A DNA stretch of 64,000 nt from a virus: IMG/VR virus record IMGVR_UViG_3300035130_000101, positions 1 to 64,000 of that record, one strand, 5' to 3'. The translations under genes and the position numbers were made by a program. The notes under the pieces are model-generated. The model saw only the letters and a program-made list of their open reading frames with translations, ran no database searches and was not told where the DNA came from. Each line of letters starts with the position of its first letter. Positions within the stretch are counted from its first letter, which is position 1. Shown here in pieces: positions 17,081 to 24,815 of the stretch.

Positions 17081-17329
17081 ATGATCTACGACGGACTGCT
17101 GGTTTACGGTGACAATTTCAATCCAGGTGCCGTTTGTCCGCATTACCTGCCAGAGAGCCAATACACTTTTACGTGGTATCGCAACGAGGACGGTATCCCG
17201 GTTTTGAGCGGTTACGATCCTAAAGATGATTTGGCTACAGATTGGCTTTGTGTGTGCGGCCACTATGAAACTGGAGGCTGCTGCTGTAGGCACTGTGGCG
17301 CTGAACCGCCGTGGGGCTGTATGTGCTAA
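17081..17329 (+). CDS. cassette ORF 9 (Cys-rich, 82 aa)
   Basis: AGGAGG RBS; CVCGHYETGGCCCRHCGAEPPWGCMC. Confidence 0.6.
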   Translation: MIYDGLLVYGDNFNPGAVCPHYLPESQYTFTWYRNEDGIPVLSGYDPKDDLATDWLCVCGHYETGGCCCRHCGAEPPWGCMC

Positions 17330-17332
17330 CAG

Positions 17333-17442
17333 CCATATAACAAACATTTGCAGCCGACCGCCCAGGCTGCGGATAACGAAGATCAAGCGCAATCATAGTC
17401 ACATTTCACCGTGGGCGGCGGCTGAAATGTGGCGTTACTTCT
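17333..17442 (+). repeat. attC-like site 9 (110 bp, paralog of site 8)
   Basis: R'' CCATATAAC is the exact complement of 17060-17068; R' GTTACTTCT. Arms 17344-17364 and 17412-17430 pair 19/19, with bulged G17350 and A17357. Confidence 0.7.
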
Positions 17443-17443
17443 T

Positions 17444-17689
17444 ATGCAAAACAAGCAAAAATATTCAGCGCGTCAAATTATACCACCTCAGTTAACAGAT
17501 ACCGATAAAGAGCGATTTATCACAAATAGCAAGGCTCATATGTTGTTCGACCTGGCTATAAAACTGGCTGACAAAGGCGACGAACTTACAATTGAGGTAA
17601 AATTTGAGGAATATAAAACCAAACACTATGACACACCCTGGCTGAATGAAAGCCGGGTTGATATGGTTGCGTGGGTAACAACCCCGTAA
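17444..17689 (+). CDS. cassette ORF 10 (81 aa, unknown)
   Basis: ATG 17444; the track starts at GTG 17429, inside site 9. Confidence 0.5.
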   Translation: MQNKQKYSARQIIPPQLTDTDKERFITNSKAHMLFDLAIKLADKGDELTIEVKFEEYKTKHYDTPWLNESRVDMVAWVTTP

Positions 17690-17738
17690 CCTAACAAATC
17701 ATTCAAGCGGAATTGCTGATCTTGGTTTTTATTGCGTC
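17682..17738 (+). repeat. attC-like site 10, left half only (truncated)
   Basis: ..GTAACCTAACAAATCATTCAAGCGGAATTGC.. matches the left arms of sites 5 and 7. No right arm or GTTRRRY box follows. Confidence 0.45.
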
Positions 17739-17746
17739 AGTTATAG

Positions 17747-17775
17747 TTGCTAAATAACAGTATTGGAGGTATAAT
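17747..17775 (+). promoter_or_regulatory. sigma70-type promoter
   Basis: TTGCTA, 17-nt spacer, TATAAT. Confidence 0.55.
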
Positions 17776-17780
17776 AACCG

Positions 17781-17860
17781 TGTTCAGGATAGCATAACTC
17801 AATGGGCGCATTTTTTATTTAACGTGGCCCCCATCGGCTAAAAGAGTGCTATCCTGAACA
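17781..17860 (+). promoter_or_regulatory. structured 5' leader (14-bp perfect inverted repeat)
   Basis: TGTTCAGGATAGCA (17781-17794) pairs with TGCTATCCTGAACA (17847-17860). It starts at about the predicted TSS, upstream of 17905..18300. Confidence 0.4.
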
Positions 17861-17904
17861 AATAGCGCCGGCCGGTGGGGGTCTCCATTTTTAAGGGAGG
17901 AATA

Positions 17905-18300
17905 ATGATATACTTTAGATCAAGAAAATATAAGTCTACCTTTAATTGTTCCTTTATGGCAAAAGATGGCCAAAACATTGATGATTTGTCAAGGTGTCAG
18001 ATAGGCGATTCAGTATCAATTATATTCGACATTCCGCAGAAAATTGCAGACATGGTAAGTGAGAGTGGGCTATCTGATAGTGCTGGAATACGCATTTACA
18101 AAGATAATAATACTTATTCAGTTCATATTCCATTCAAGATAATCGAGCGTGATCATTCGTTCTCTTGGAATGATATCGGCACTTTACAAACCCTAGGAAC
18201 ATCAATTTACGTTGAGGCAAAAAGCGGATACTGGGAAGATATGTTCAAATGGATATGCCTGAATGAAAGACCAATATGGGCAGTGGAAGATGAACAATGA
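17905..18300 (+). CDS. hypothetical protein
   Basis: AAGGGAGG RBS before ATG 17905. ATGA overlap with the endonuclease gene. Confidence 0.55.
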   Translation: MIYFRSRKYKSTFNCSFMAKDGQNIDDLSRCQIGDSVSIIFDIPQKIADMVSESGLSDSAGIRIYKDNNTYSVHIPFKIIERDHSFSWNDIGTLQTLGTSIYVEAKSGYWEDMFKWICLNERPIWAVEDEQ

Positions 18301-19493
18301 AACGTATCTTCACTATCGAACAGGACAAAGAAGTTGCCGAGCTATACCAGCAGGGAATGTCATCTATCAAGCTCGCCGAGCAATATGGCGTTGACAAGTC
18401 AACGGTCTTGGGGGCGTTGAAACGGCAAGGGATAAGGCGGAGAACTAATAGAGCCTTTACCAGAGGTGAAGAGCAACAGATAGCTCACATATATCAAGCT
18501 GGACACAAGATAACGGACATTGCAAAAGCGTATGGCTATGATTTCACTACTATTAAAAATGCCCTCAAGAGACAAGGAGTTAAGCAAGGGGATGACCGGT
18601 TTACTTTTTCGGCCACACAAGAAAAGGAGATACTTGAAGAGTACAAATCTGGAAACAAGATGGCCGATATTGCAAAAAAATATCAGGCATCCCCAGGAAC
18701 AATATCTAAAGCGATAACCAATCAGGGTGGCAAGGTCAGAGACGGACGCATCTTTACTGATAGCGAAGAAGTAATGATAGGCCACATTTACGAATCCGGC
18801 TTTAGCCCTCAGCAAATTTCAGTGGCGTATGGCGTATCACGTAGCGCAATTATAAATACAATAGATAGACGTGGGATTGATAAGCGCCCTAACAGAAAAA
18901 ACTTTTTTGACGAAAAGGCTTTTGATAGTCTTGACAGTGAAGCCCCCCTATATTGGCTTGGCTTTTGTTATGCCGATGCCAATGTAACTAACTATGAACT
19001 CAGGATTGGACTTGCTATCAAGGATATAGATCACTTGCAGTTACTGGGAGATTTTATGCAAAGTGATAAGACGGTAAAAAAATATCGAAATAATACAGCT
19101 TGTCAATTGAGCTTTGCTAGCGTGTATCTTACAAAAAGGTTGCACTCATTAGGATTGATAGCAGGTAGAGGTGAATTTGAAAAGCTCGTGCCGCATATTC
19201 CCGATAATCTGGCTCATCATTTTATTCGCGGATATCTTGACGGTGACGGCTGCATTACTGAAAGTAATTATCTTATCAGATTTCTAGGGCAAGTTGATAT
19301 ACTGGAATGGATTAGAAATATCCTTCATAGTAATGCAGGTGCTAGCAATTCCGTTTCTATTAAAAAACGGAGGGGCATCTACAGTATTGGATGGGGAGGC
19401 CGATATCAAGGTCCTAAAATAATAGACTATCTTTATAAAAATGCGACTATATATCTCGATAGAAAAAGAAAAGTAGCAAGAAGTTGGAAATAA
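18297..19493 (+). CDS. LAGLIDADG homing endonuclease with four N-terminal HTH repeats
   Basis: Motifs LYWLGFCYADANV and HFIRGYLDGDGCI. There are four ~49-aa repeats (F(T)..E...Y..G....IA..YG....TI..AL.RQG). Confidence 0.8.
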   Translation: MKRIFTIEQDKEVAELYQQGMSSIKLAEQYGVDKSTVLGALKRQGIRRRTNRAFTRGEEQQIAHIYQAGHKITDIAKAYGYDFTTIKNALKRQGVKQGDDRFTFSATQEKEILEEYKSGNKMADIAKKYQASPGTISKAITNQGGKVRDGRIFTDSEEVMIGHIYESGFSPQQISVAYGVSRSAIINTIDRRGIDKRPNRKNFFDEKAFDSLDSEAPLYWLGFCYADANVTNYELRIGLAIKDIDHLQLLGDFMQSDKTVKKYRNNTACQLSFASVYLTKRLHSLGLIAGRGEFEKLVPHIPDNLAHHFIRGYLDGDGCITESNYLIRFLGQVDILEWIRNILHSNAGASNSVSIKKRRGIYSIGWGGRYQGPKIIDYLYKNATIYLDRKRKVARSWK

Positions 19494-19495
19494 AA

Positions 19496-19526
19496 AATAG
19501 GACTGAGGACAATCCTCAGTCCTATT
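19496..19526 (-). terminator. rho-independent terminator after the capsid gene
   Basis: 14-bp stem AATAGGACTGAGGA/TCCTCAGTCCTATT with a 3-nt loop. A U-run follows on the minus-strand transcript. Confidence 0.65.
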
Positions 19527-19545
19527 AACATAACAACTTTACATA

Positions 19546-21081
19546 TTATAACCAAACGGCATATTTGCTGCCGGTGCTTCTCAGTGAAATTCCGCCGTCC
19601 ACCCAGTGGGCGCTCTCGGCGTCGGCTTCTCTCAGGTGACTGATCGGCGCATACTTCACGTTTTGGAGCCTTCCAGCCAATTGGGGCGTCCGCAACACCA
19701 CCCGCTGTTCCGTCTTGCACAGCCCCTTGAGACAGAAGTTGATATCGTTCCAGGCCCAGGCGAACACGCCCCGGTCGGTCCAGAACCGCTGCACGTTGCG
19801 AATGAGATTGAACTCGGTCATTGCCTGCCGATAATCTTTGTGCTGGCGGTAAGTGACGGGGAAGTTGCCGGTCGTCCGCAGCGGAACCATATAGATGTCG
19901 CTGGCGTACTCGCCCGGATCGAGACTGGCCGGCGTGTTGGTGTTGTTCTGTTCGTAGATGCCGGTGTCCTCAATGACCTTGTACGTCCGGCCATTGACGG
20001 CAATCTGGCCCATCACCCGCATATTGTCCCGGTCCTGAATGTTCGAGCGACCGTCCAGCGTCACTCGCGCATTGCTGGCCGCAGCGATGGCAATGGCTAC
20101 CTGGTCGGTATTGTAGGCAATCGGCCATACCCTGGACATCTCATACCACAGTTGAGGCCGCATCGCAAAGACCCACTCAGCCGGTAGCATCCCGGTATCA
20201 GCCGCCAACGTGTAGATGAAATACTCCATCATCGATATCTGGTTGACCAGGGCCGTGGCATTGGAAGCCACATCAGCATAGGCAAAGTTGTCGATATAGC
20301 TATCCAACGACGGACAGGCAGTGTTTGTGTCGGCGTCAACCTGGCCCGTGGCAATCTGGTTGTCAAGGCCGGGGAACTCTTTATAACCACCGCCGATGTT
20401 GTTGTTGGCCGGGCTGCCTTGCCACATATGCGTGGTAAGAAGCCGCTCCAGCCGCACCCCGACGCTGACCATCTGGGACATCGTTACCAGGTTCAAAATC
20501 TGATTGGGATTCAGGCCGCCGGGCATCAACCCGGCTTGTGTTCCCATATTCAGATTCATCCCGTGTAGTACCAGGTCCGAGAAGTCACCCCGGTTGATAC
20601 GTAGACCAAGTTCGTCCATTTCGATAGTTTCAGTCGAACGGGCCACCCGCCCGAATTGCGCCGTCAGGTTACAGGCTTTCAAGTAGCCCGTGGGCGCATC
20701 CTCGCAGGGCGTCGCCGGTTCGTTGCCGATGTCATCCGAAAAGCCGGACAAAGCCCCAAAGCGCGGATCTTCGTCATTGTTCGGCAGAAGCGGCAAAACG
20801 GATGAAATGCCGTGTGGCTGGACGTGGGTCGAGATGATGTCACGTTCCAAACCAAGAGTGGAGAAGGTGCCGCGCAAGCCGTGAAGCTTTTGAGCAGTCA
20901 TCGTGGTGGCCGGCGCTTTGGTAATCAGGTCGTTGACCATTTCCATTGCCTTGACCTGAAATTCCTTGTCGCTGTTAGTCTGGCCGATCTGGTTGGCCGC
21001 CAGCGCCGCCAGAAGCGCCTGATTTTGCTGAATCAAGCCCATCAGTTGTTCAGAACTCATTGTGTCACTCATTGCCGCCAT
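19546..21081 (-). CDS. putative major capsid protein
   Basis: 511 aa. It lies directly downstream of the scaffold-like gene in the head module and is followed by a strong terminator. The call rests on position and size only. Confidence 0.55.
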   Translation of the reverse strand: MAAMSDTMSSEQLMGLIQQNQALLAALAANQIGQTNSDKEFQVKAMEMVNDLITKAPATTMTAQKLHGLRGTFSTLGLERDIISTHVQPHGISSVLPLLPNNDEDPRFGALSGFSDDIGNEPATPCEDAPTGYLKACNLTAQFGRVARSTETIEMDELGLRINRGDFSDLVLHGMNLNMGTQAGLMPGGLNPNQILNLVTMSQMVSVGVRLERLLTTHMWQGSPANNNIGGGYKEFPGLDNQIATGQVDADTNTACPSLDSYIDNFAYADVASNATALVNQISMMEYFIYTLAADTGMLPAEWVFAMRPQLWYEMSRVWPIAYNTDQVAIAIAAASNARVTLDGRSNIQDRDNMRVMGQIAVNGRTYKVIEDTGIYEQNNTNTPASLDPGEYASDIYMVPLRTTGNFPVTYRQHKDYRQAMTEFNLIRNVQRFWTDRGVFAWAWNDINFCLKGLCKTEQRVVLRTPQLAGRLQNVKYAPISHLREADAESAHWVDGGISLRSTGSKYAVWL

Positions 21082-22784
21082 CCTGCCTGAGTCCAGCCCA
21101 GTTCATTCCACCATAACCCCGTCGAGCCGTCCTGCTTGGCCTTGTTCTGTTCTGGCCCTGGCACTTCGCCTGTCACCTGATTTTGCTTGGTGAAAAGCTC
21201 GCTCTTGACAAACGAGGCCAGCGACGCTTCCGGGATGGAAGCCGCCTGTTTTTCAAGCCGCTCTTTGTCCGTTTTCTCCAACTCCTTGAGCCGGCTATCA
21301 ATGACCTGGACGCTCTCGCCAATGGCCCTGATAGAGGTGGTCAAAGCCCGGACTGCCTCGACCATATCCGCCGAAGGCTGCTCCGCTTGAGCCGGGGCAG
21401 GTTGCTCTTTGGCCTGTTCTACCGGTGGCGTCTTTTCTTTGCTCTCCGTTCCGGCGTCGCTGGCTTGCTTGGCCCGCTGCGCCAGCTCATCTTCCATTTG
21501 TTTTACCCGCTCCTCGCCAAAGGCTGCAATGAACTCCTCTCGCTTGTGAGCCGGTATCTCTTTTACATCGTTCATACCGTTACTCTCCTTACTGATTAAA
21601 TGAAACGCTAAACTGTTAGCTGCCGCCTTTGTCGGCAGGAACGTAATTTCCCTACTACGCCGGCGAGTGATAATCGACTTGTCCTTATCATCTTCCCGGC
21701 GCACCTCTTTGCGAGGCATACCGTGTGACATCCCCCGCCAGTTTGCTTTGATGACACCTTCAGCCGCCCACCCCTTATCTTTGTCGAACGTGCCGCCGGC
21801 GATGCAAAAGCCGGACTTTTCGTCATAGGCGTGATAGTGGGTTTTCCCGACCGGATAGGGATAATGCCACAGCCAGACTTCCGGCATCGGCCACTCGCCG
21901 CTATTTACCGCCTGGTCGAACTCTTTGTGAGCGTCGGAGGAGATGATCTCAGGCGGGTTGTCGTTGTCACGGTAATTGTTGGTATATGCGCCAAGCCAGT
22001 GGTATTGCCCGTCCACCTCTTTCCAGATGTGAGAGAAGGTATTTTTTTCTAACTGCGGTTGAGATTTCTCTTTCAGGCCGAATATCTCTTTGGTTTTGGC
22101 AATGGCCCGGTCGATAATCGTTTCCTGCTCGACTTCCTTTTGGGTGTTTTCCAAGATGCGCCGGGCTTTGGCTTGCAACGAGGCTTTCTTGTCAGCGGAG
22201 ATGCCCTTCATCTGAGGGATACGGGCGATTGCATTGCGTATATGGGGCAGATCAACTTTGCCGGAAGCGTCTTTGTAGGGCAAGTGGCGACAGGTGCGGG
22301 GCTTGGTTTTGTTTTCGCTGTCCTTTTCGCCGCAGCCGGATTCAACGTAGAGGAAGCTGGAGTCAGGTAAGTTGTTGACGAAAGCGGTTGACCAGACGGC
22401 TTTCAAAACGTCGTCACGATCATCAACCTCTTTATCGTCGCTTTCATCTATCTCTTTCAAATCACCACGAGCCACACCCATTCGGTTAATAAACTCCCCG
22501 GCCAGATTAGCCAGAGCGCCGGGCTTGTCCTCTACCATATCGGACATCATAATATTTGAGGCCAGGTCCCTGAAATACTCGGTCGCCTTGCGTACATCGG
22601 CTTCCATCTCCCGGCTTTCCATATAGGCGTCAAGCTCTTCAAACGAAGTAATACCGGGCGGAATCCACATCGGTTCATCATACATCTTAGTAACGTCGGC
22701 CTCTTTGGTTTCCTGGCCGGCGTCTTTGTTTTCGGTATCTTCGGCTTTGTCTGCGGTTTTTGGGTCGTCTGCTTTGTTGCCCAT
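21069..22784 (-). CDS. putative scaffolding / head-maturation protein
   Basis: 571 aa with acidic, Lys/Glu-rich ends and coiled-coil-like C-terminal segments. AAGGTGG RBS. It sits upstream of the capsid gene. Confidence 0.5.
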   Translation of the reverse strand: MGNKADDPKTADKAEDTENKDAGQETKEADVTKMYDEPMWIPPGITSFEELDAYMESREMEADVRKATEYFRDLASNIMMSDMVEDKPGALANLAGEFINRMGVARGDLKEIDESDDKEVDDRDDVLKAVWSTAFVNNLPDSSFLYVESGCGEKDSENKTKPRTCRHLPYKDASGKVDLPHIRNAIARIPQMKGISADKKASLQAKARRILENTQKEVEQETIIDRAIAKTKEIFGLKEKSQPQLEKNTFSHIWKEVDGQYHWLGAYTNNYRDNDNPPEIISSDAHKEFDQAVNSGEWPMPEVWLWHYPYPVGKTHYHAYDEKSGFCIAGGTFDKDKGWAAEGVIKANWRGMSHGMPRKEVRREDDKDKSIITRRRSREITFLPTKAAANSLAFHLISKESNGMNDVKEIPAHKREEFIAAFGEERVKQMEDELAQRAKQASDAGTESKEKTPPVEQAKEQPAPAQAEQPSADMVEAVRALTTSIRAIGESVQVIDSRLKELEKTDKERLEKQAASIPEASLASFVKSELFTKQNQVTGEVPGPEQNKAKQDGSTGLWWNELGWTQAGWRQ

Positions 22785-22795
22785 TGCACCACCTT

Positions 22796-22833
22796 AAAAA
22801 CAAAAAGGGCTTAAGTCGGATTGACTTAAGCCC
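22796..22833 (-). terminator. rho-independent terminator
   Basis: 11-bp stem GGGCTTAAGTC/GACTTAAGCCC (22807-22833), followed on the minus strand by UUUUUGUUUUU. Confidence 0.65.
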
Positions 22834-23091
22834 CAGGTAAGAGAGCGGTTTATTGAGCGGGCCTCTCGCCCGCTTGGAGTATCATCGGTCTGACTCTGGC
22901 AGCCTGCCCGGCCCAGGCTATCGGGCAACTTATGGACGCATTTTCAAAAAAATATATCCTTGTCTAATCGGGGTTTTGATTATGGCTCAATCCCCCGCTA
23001 AAGCCGGGTGAGTAGCCAAGTGTCTAGGATAGCACCCCAGGGACGTTAGCTTGTCCACTCTCCACAATTATATCAAAATAACTGTGCTATG

Positions 23092-23439
23092 TCAAGCAAT
23101 AATAACCGCCTGCTCATTGCGTATCACCCACCCAACCGGAACCCCCGCCTTGACCACGAATATTCGCTCCAACGTGCCGGTAGAATTACGCATACTCTCC
23201 GGTACAATCGAGTGCATCAAATCATCCCAACCATTGCCGATCTCAGAGATTGACAGCAGCGACACGTCAAAGTTGCGAGGCTCAAGTGGTACTCTGGTTG
23301 GCTTGCACCAGCCGATAGGCAAGCCCGATGACAAAAAGACCTTAATGGATATTAGCGCCACGCCTTCGCAGCCGCCGTCATCCCGGTTGTTGGCGACGGA
23401 TTGTAAGCGCCACTTGAGTTTGGTCCAGTTATCAGCCAT
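23092..23439 (-). CDS. hypothetical protein (head module)
   Basis: Start taken at MADNWTKLKW (23439), overlapping the upstream stop by 8 nt. The antisense ORF 23051..23470 is judged a shadow. Confidence 0.45.
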   Translation of the reverse strand: MADNWTKLKWRLQSVANNRDDGGCEGVALISIKVFLSSGLPIGWCKPTRVPLEPRNFDVSLLSISEIGNGWDDLMHSIVPESMRNSTGTLERIFVVKAGVPVGWVIRNEQAVIIA

Positions 23440-23686
23440 ATTTTTCTGCAAACTCCGAATCGGGATATAACTCGACAATAGTCACCTTTAGCCAAGCCAG
23501 GGCCTCTATGATGGTGTCAAATCCTTGCGCCTTCCTAATACCGTTCGTAGTATCGCCAATTATGGCGTTGATACCACTGTCCCAAAACCAGCTTATGGTT
23601 ATGTTGATCTCGCTGTCGTAAATGTCTTGGAGGATATTCGAGACATCAACTGTAACGGTTGCCTCTTTAGCCATACAGTTTATCAA
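23432..23686 (-). CDS. hypothetical protein
   Basis: 84-aa ORF that overlaps its neighbours in operon fashion. Confidence 0.5.
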   Translation of the reverse strand: MINCMAKEATVTVDVSNILQDIYDSEINITISWFWDSGINAIIGDTTNGIRKAQGFDTIIEALAWLKVTIVELYPDSEFAEKYG

Positions 23687-24155
23687 GCCCCCTGTTCTTT
23701 GCCTTAATCATCGCATTGGTAAACGGTCGCCGCCGCCGCTTCTGTATCAACTCAGTCCATCCTCTGGCCTTGATACCGGGTCGCGGTCGCCGCTTATTGA
23801 CGAATAGCATCCGCCCCCGGCCCCGGCCAGACTTGAGCTTGCCGGGCGTAGTCTTGCTCTTCCAGTCTTGTGACATCGTGGCGTAGCGGACGCAAGTACC
23901 TTCATCAAGCCATTTGAATTTGTTTAGCGCATCTTCGGAGCCGTTTGGGCCAGTCAGAACAGAAGCATCTTTTGTGGTCAACCCGATTAACGTTTCCGCC
24001 TTTGGCTTGTCACCCTTCCAGGTTGCCCAGGTTTGCTCAAGTAACTTTTCGTTCTCTTTTCCCTCGGCGCGCAAAGCATTAAGAAGCTCTAAGCGAACCT
24101 CTTTAAGTCTCATTGGCTTGGCTTTGATCGCCTTGACCTGAAATACTTCTGCCAT
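23667..24155 (-). CDS. hypothetical basic protein
   Basis: 162 aa with an Arg/Lys-rich C-terminus (KSGRGRGRMLFVNKRRPRPGIKARG). Confidence 0.5.
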   Translation of the reverse strand: MAEVFQVKAIKAKPMRLKEVRLELLNALRAEGKENEKLLEQTWATWKGDKPKAETLIGLTTKDASVLTGPNGSEDALNKFKWLDEGTCVRYATMSQDWKSKTTPGKLKSGRGRGRMLFVNKRRPRPGIKARGWTELIQKRRRRPFTNAMIKAKNRGLDKLYG

Positions 24156-24170
24156 TATGCATCCTAACTA

Positions 24171-24199
24171 TTGACAATCAATAGTGAATAGAGCATAAT
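24171..24199 (+). promoter_or_regulatory. sigma70-type promoter for a plus-strand moron
   Basis: ACTATTGACA, 17-nt spacer, CATAAT. AAGGAG RBS before ATG 24229. Confidence 0.65.
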
Positions 24200-24228
24200 A
24201 AGGTATACTGATTAAGGAGTGAATAACA

Positions 24229-24489
24229 ATGGAAATCAACGTCAAATTTCAATGGTGTAACAATCGCCCGGTTTTTGAAATTCCTCTAATTGACACCGAA
24301 ACCGGCCCAGAGCCTCGCTTGCCCAAGCATTGCGGCGGAACCTTCCTTTACAATCCCGACAAAACCCGCTGTGCCGTTATTGCCACCAAAGGGACGGCCA
24401 CCTATTTGATGCAGCGCAAGTATGCCAGATTTCTTGGCGTAGCAAAAGCCACCCCGGACGGCATCGGGCATTACGAATTGCCGCTCTGA
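24229..24489 (+). CDS. moron-like hypothetical protein
   Basis: 86 aa. It has its own promoter and RBS, lies opposite to the head operon, and converges on 24471..24815. Confidence 0.55.
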   Translation: MEINVKFQWCNNRPVFEIPLIDTETGPEPRLPKHCGGTFLYNPDKTRCAVIATKGTATYLMQRKYARFLGVAKATPDGIGHYELPL

Positions 24490-24815
24490 TCGTCTACCTC
24501 TTGCCACCGTCCGCCGATCTTATTCATCCCCAACCGCTGCCGGGTCCGCTTCTGAAAGCGCTGGAACCGCTTTTGAAACTCTCGCCGTAATCGCCGGTCA
24601 TCTGTCGGCTTTGGCCGATTGTACCGTAGCTCGTTATTCAGAAAATAGCTATGATACCACGTCCCGCAGTTAGGACATTCCAGGCCAATCTCGATTAAGT
24701 CCTCTTCCTGCTGCCGGTCGGTAAAGCCATCGGCGCGAACAAGAGTATTGCAATTGCTACATTTGGTTAGCTTCTGGCCTTTCAGTTGGGCCAGGACTTG
24801 CCGGGTTGTCTGCAT
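24471..24815 (-). CDS. zinc-ribbon protein
   Basis: CSNCN...CPNCG, with a basic C-terminus. Confidence 0.55.
   Translation of the reverse strand: MQTTRQVLAQLKGQKLTKCSNCNTLVRADGFTDRQQEEDLIEIGLECPNCGTWYHSYFLNNELRYNRPKPTDDRRLRREFQKRFQRFQKRTRQRLGMNKIGGRWQEVDDQSGNS

Larger units (their letters stand above)
13488..17738. mobile_element. integron-like platform: recombinase-like gene, outward promoter, attI-like box, ten cassette-like units
   Basis: A divergent recombinase-like gene and promoter are followed by 10 co-oriented small ORFs. Each ORF is followed by an imperfect inverted repeat bounded by RYYYAAC...GTTRRRY boxes. See the individual sites. Confidence 0.7.

Noticed and set aside
14404-17442. 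GTTAGG/CCTAAC repeats as telomere-like or REP/terminator hairpins
   Set aside because: They are not tandem. They bound 74-129-bp imperfect dyads with one-sided bulges and cassette-specific complementarity, which fits attC-type sites better. Only sites 2 and 5 contain short terminal hairpins that could also terminate transcription.
17781-17860. tRNA or tRNA-like gene in the hairpin leader (also looked at 22840-23090 and 33130-33360)
   Set aside because: No acceptor/T-arm geometry or GTTCRANYC-type T-loop could be fitted by eye.
19606-20187. Plus-strand ORFs inside the capsid, scaffold, portal, terminase and tape-measure genes (for example 19606..20187, 21183..21599, 26652..27158, 29120..29497, 56257..56625)
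   Set aside because: They are antisense shadows of long, well-supported minus-strand genes. They have no RBS or promoter and a biased Arg/Ser/Ala composition.
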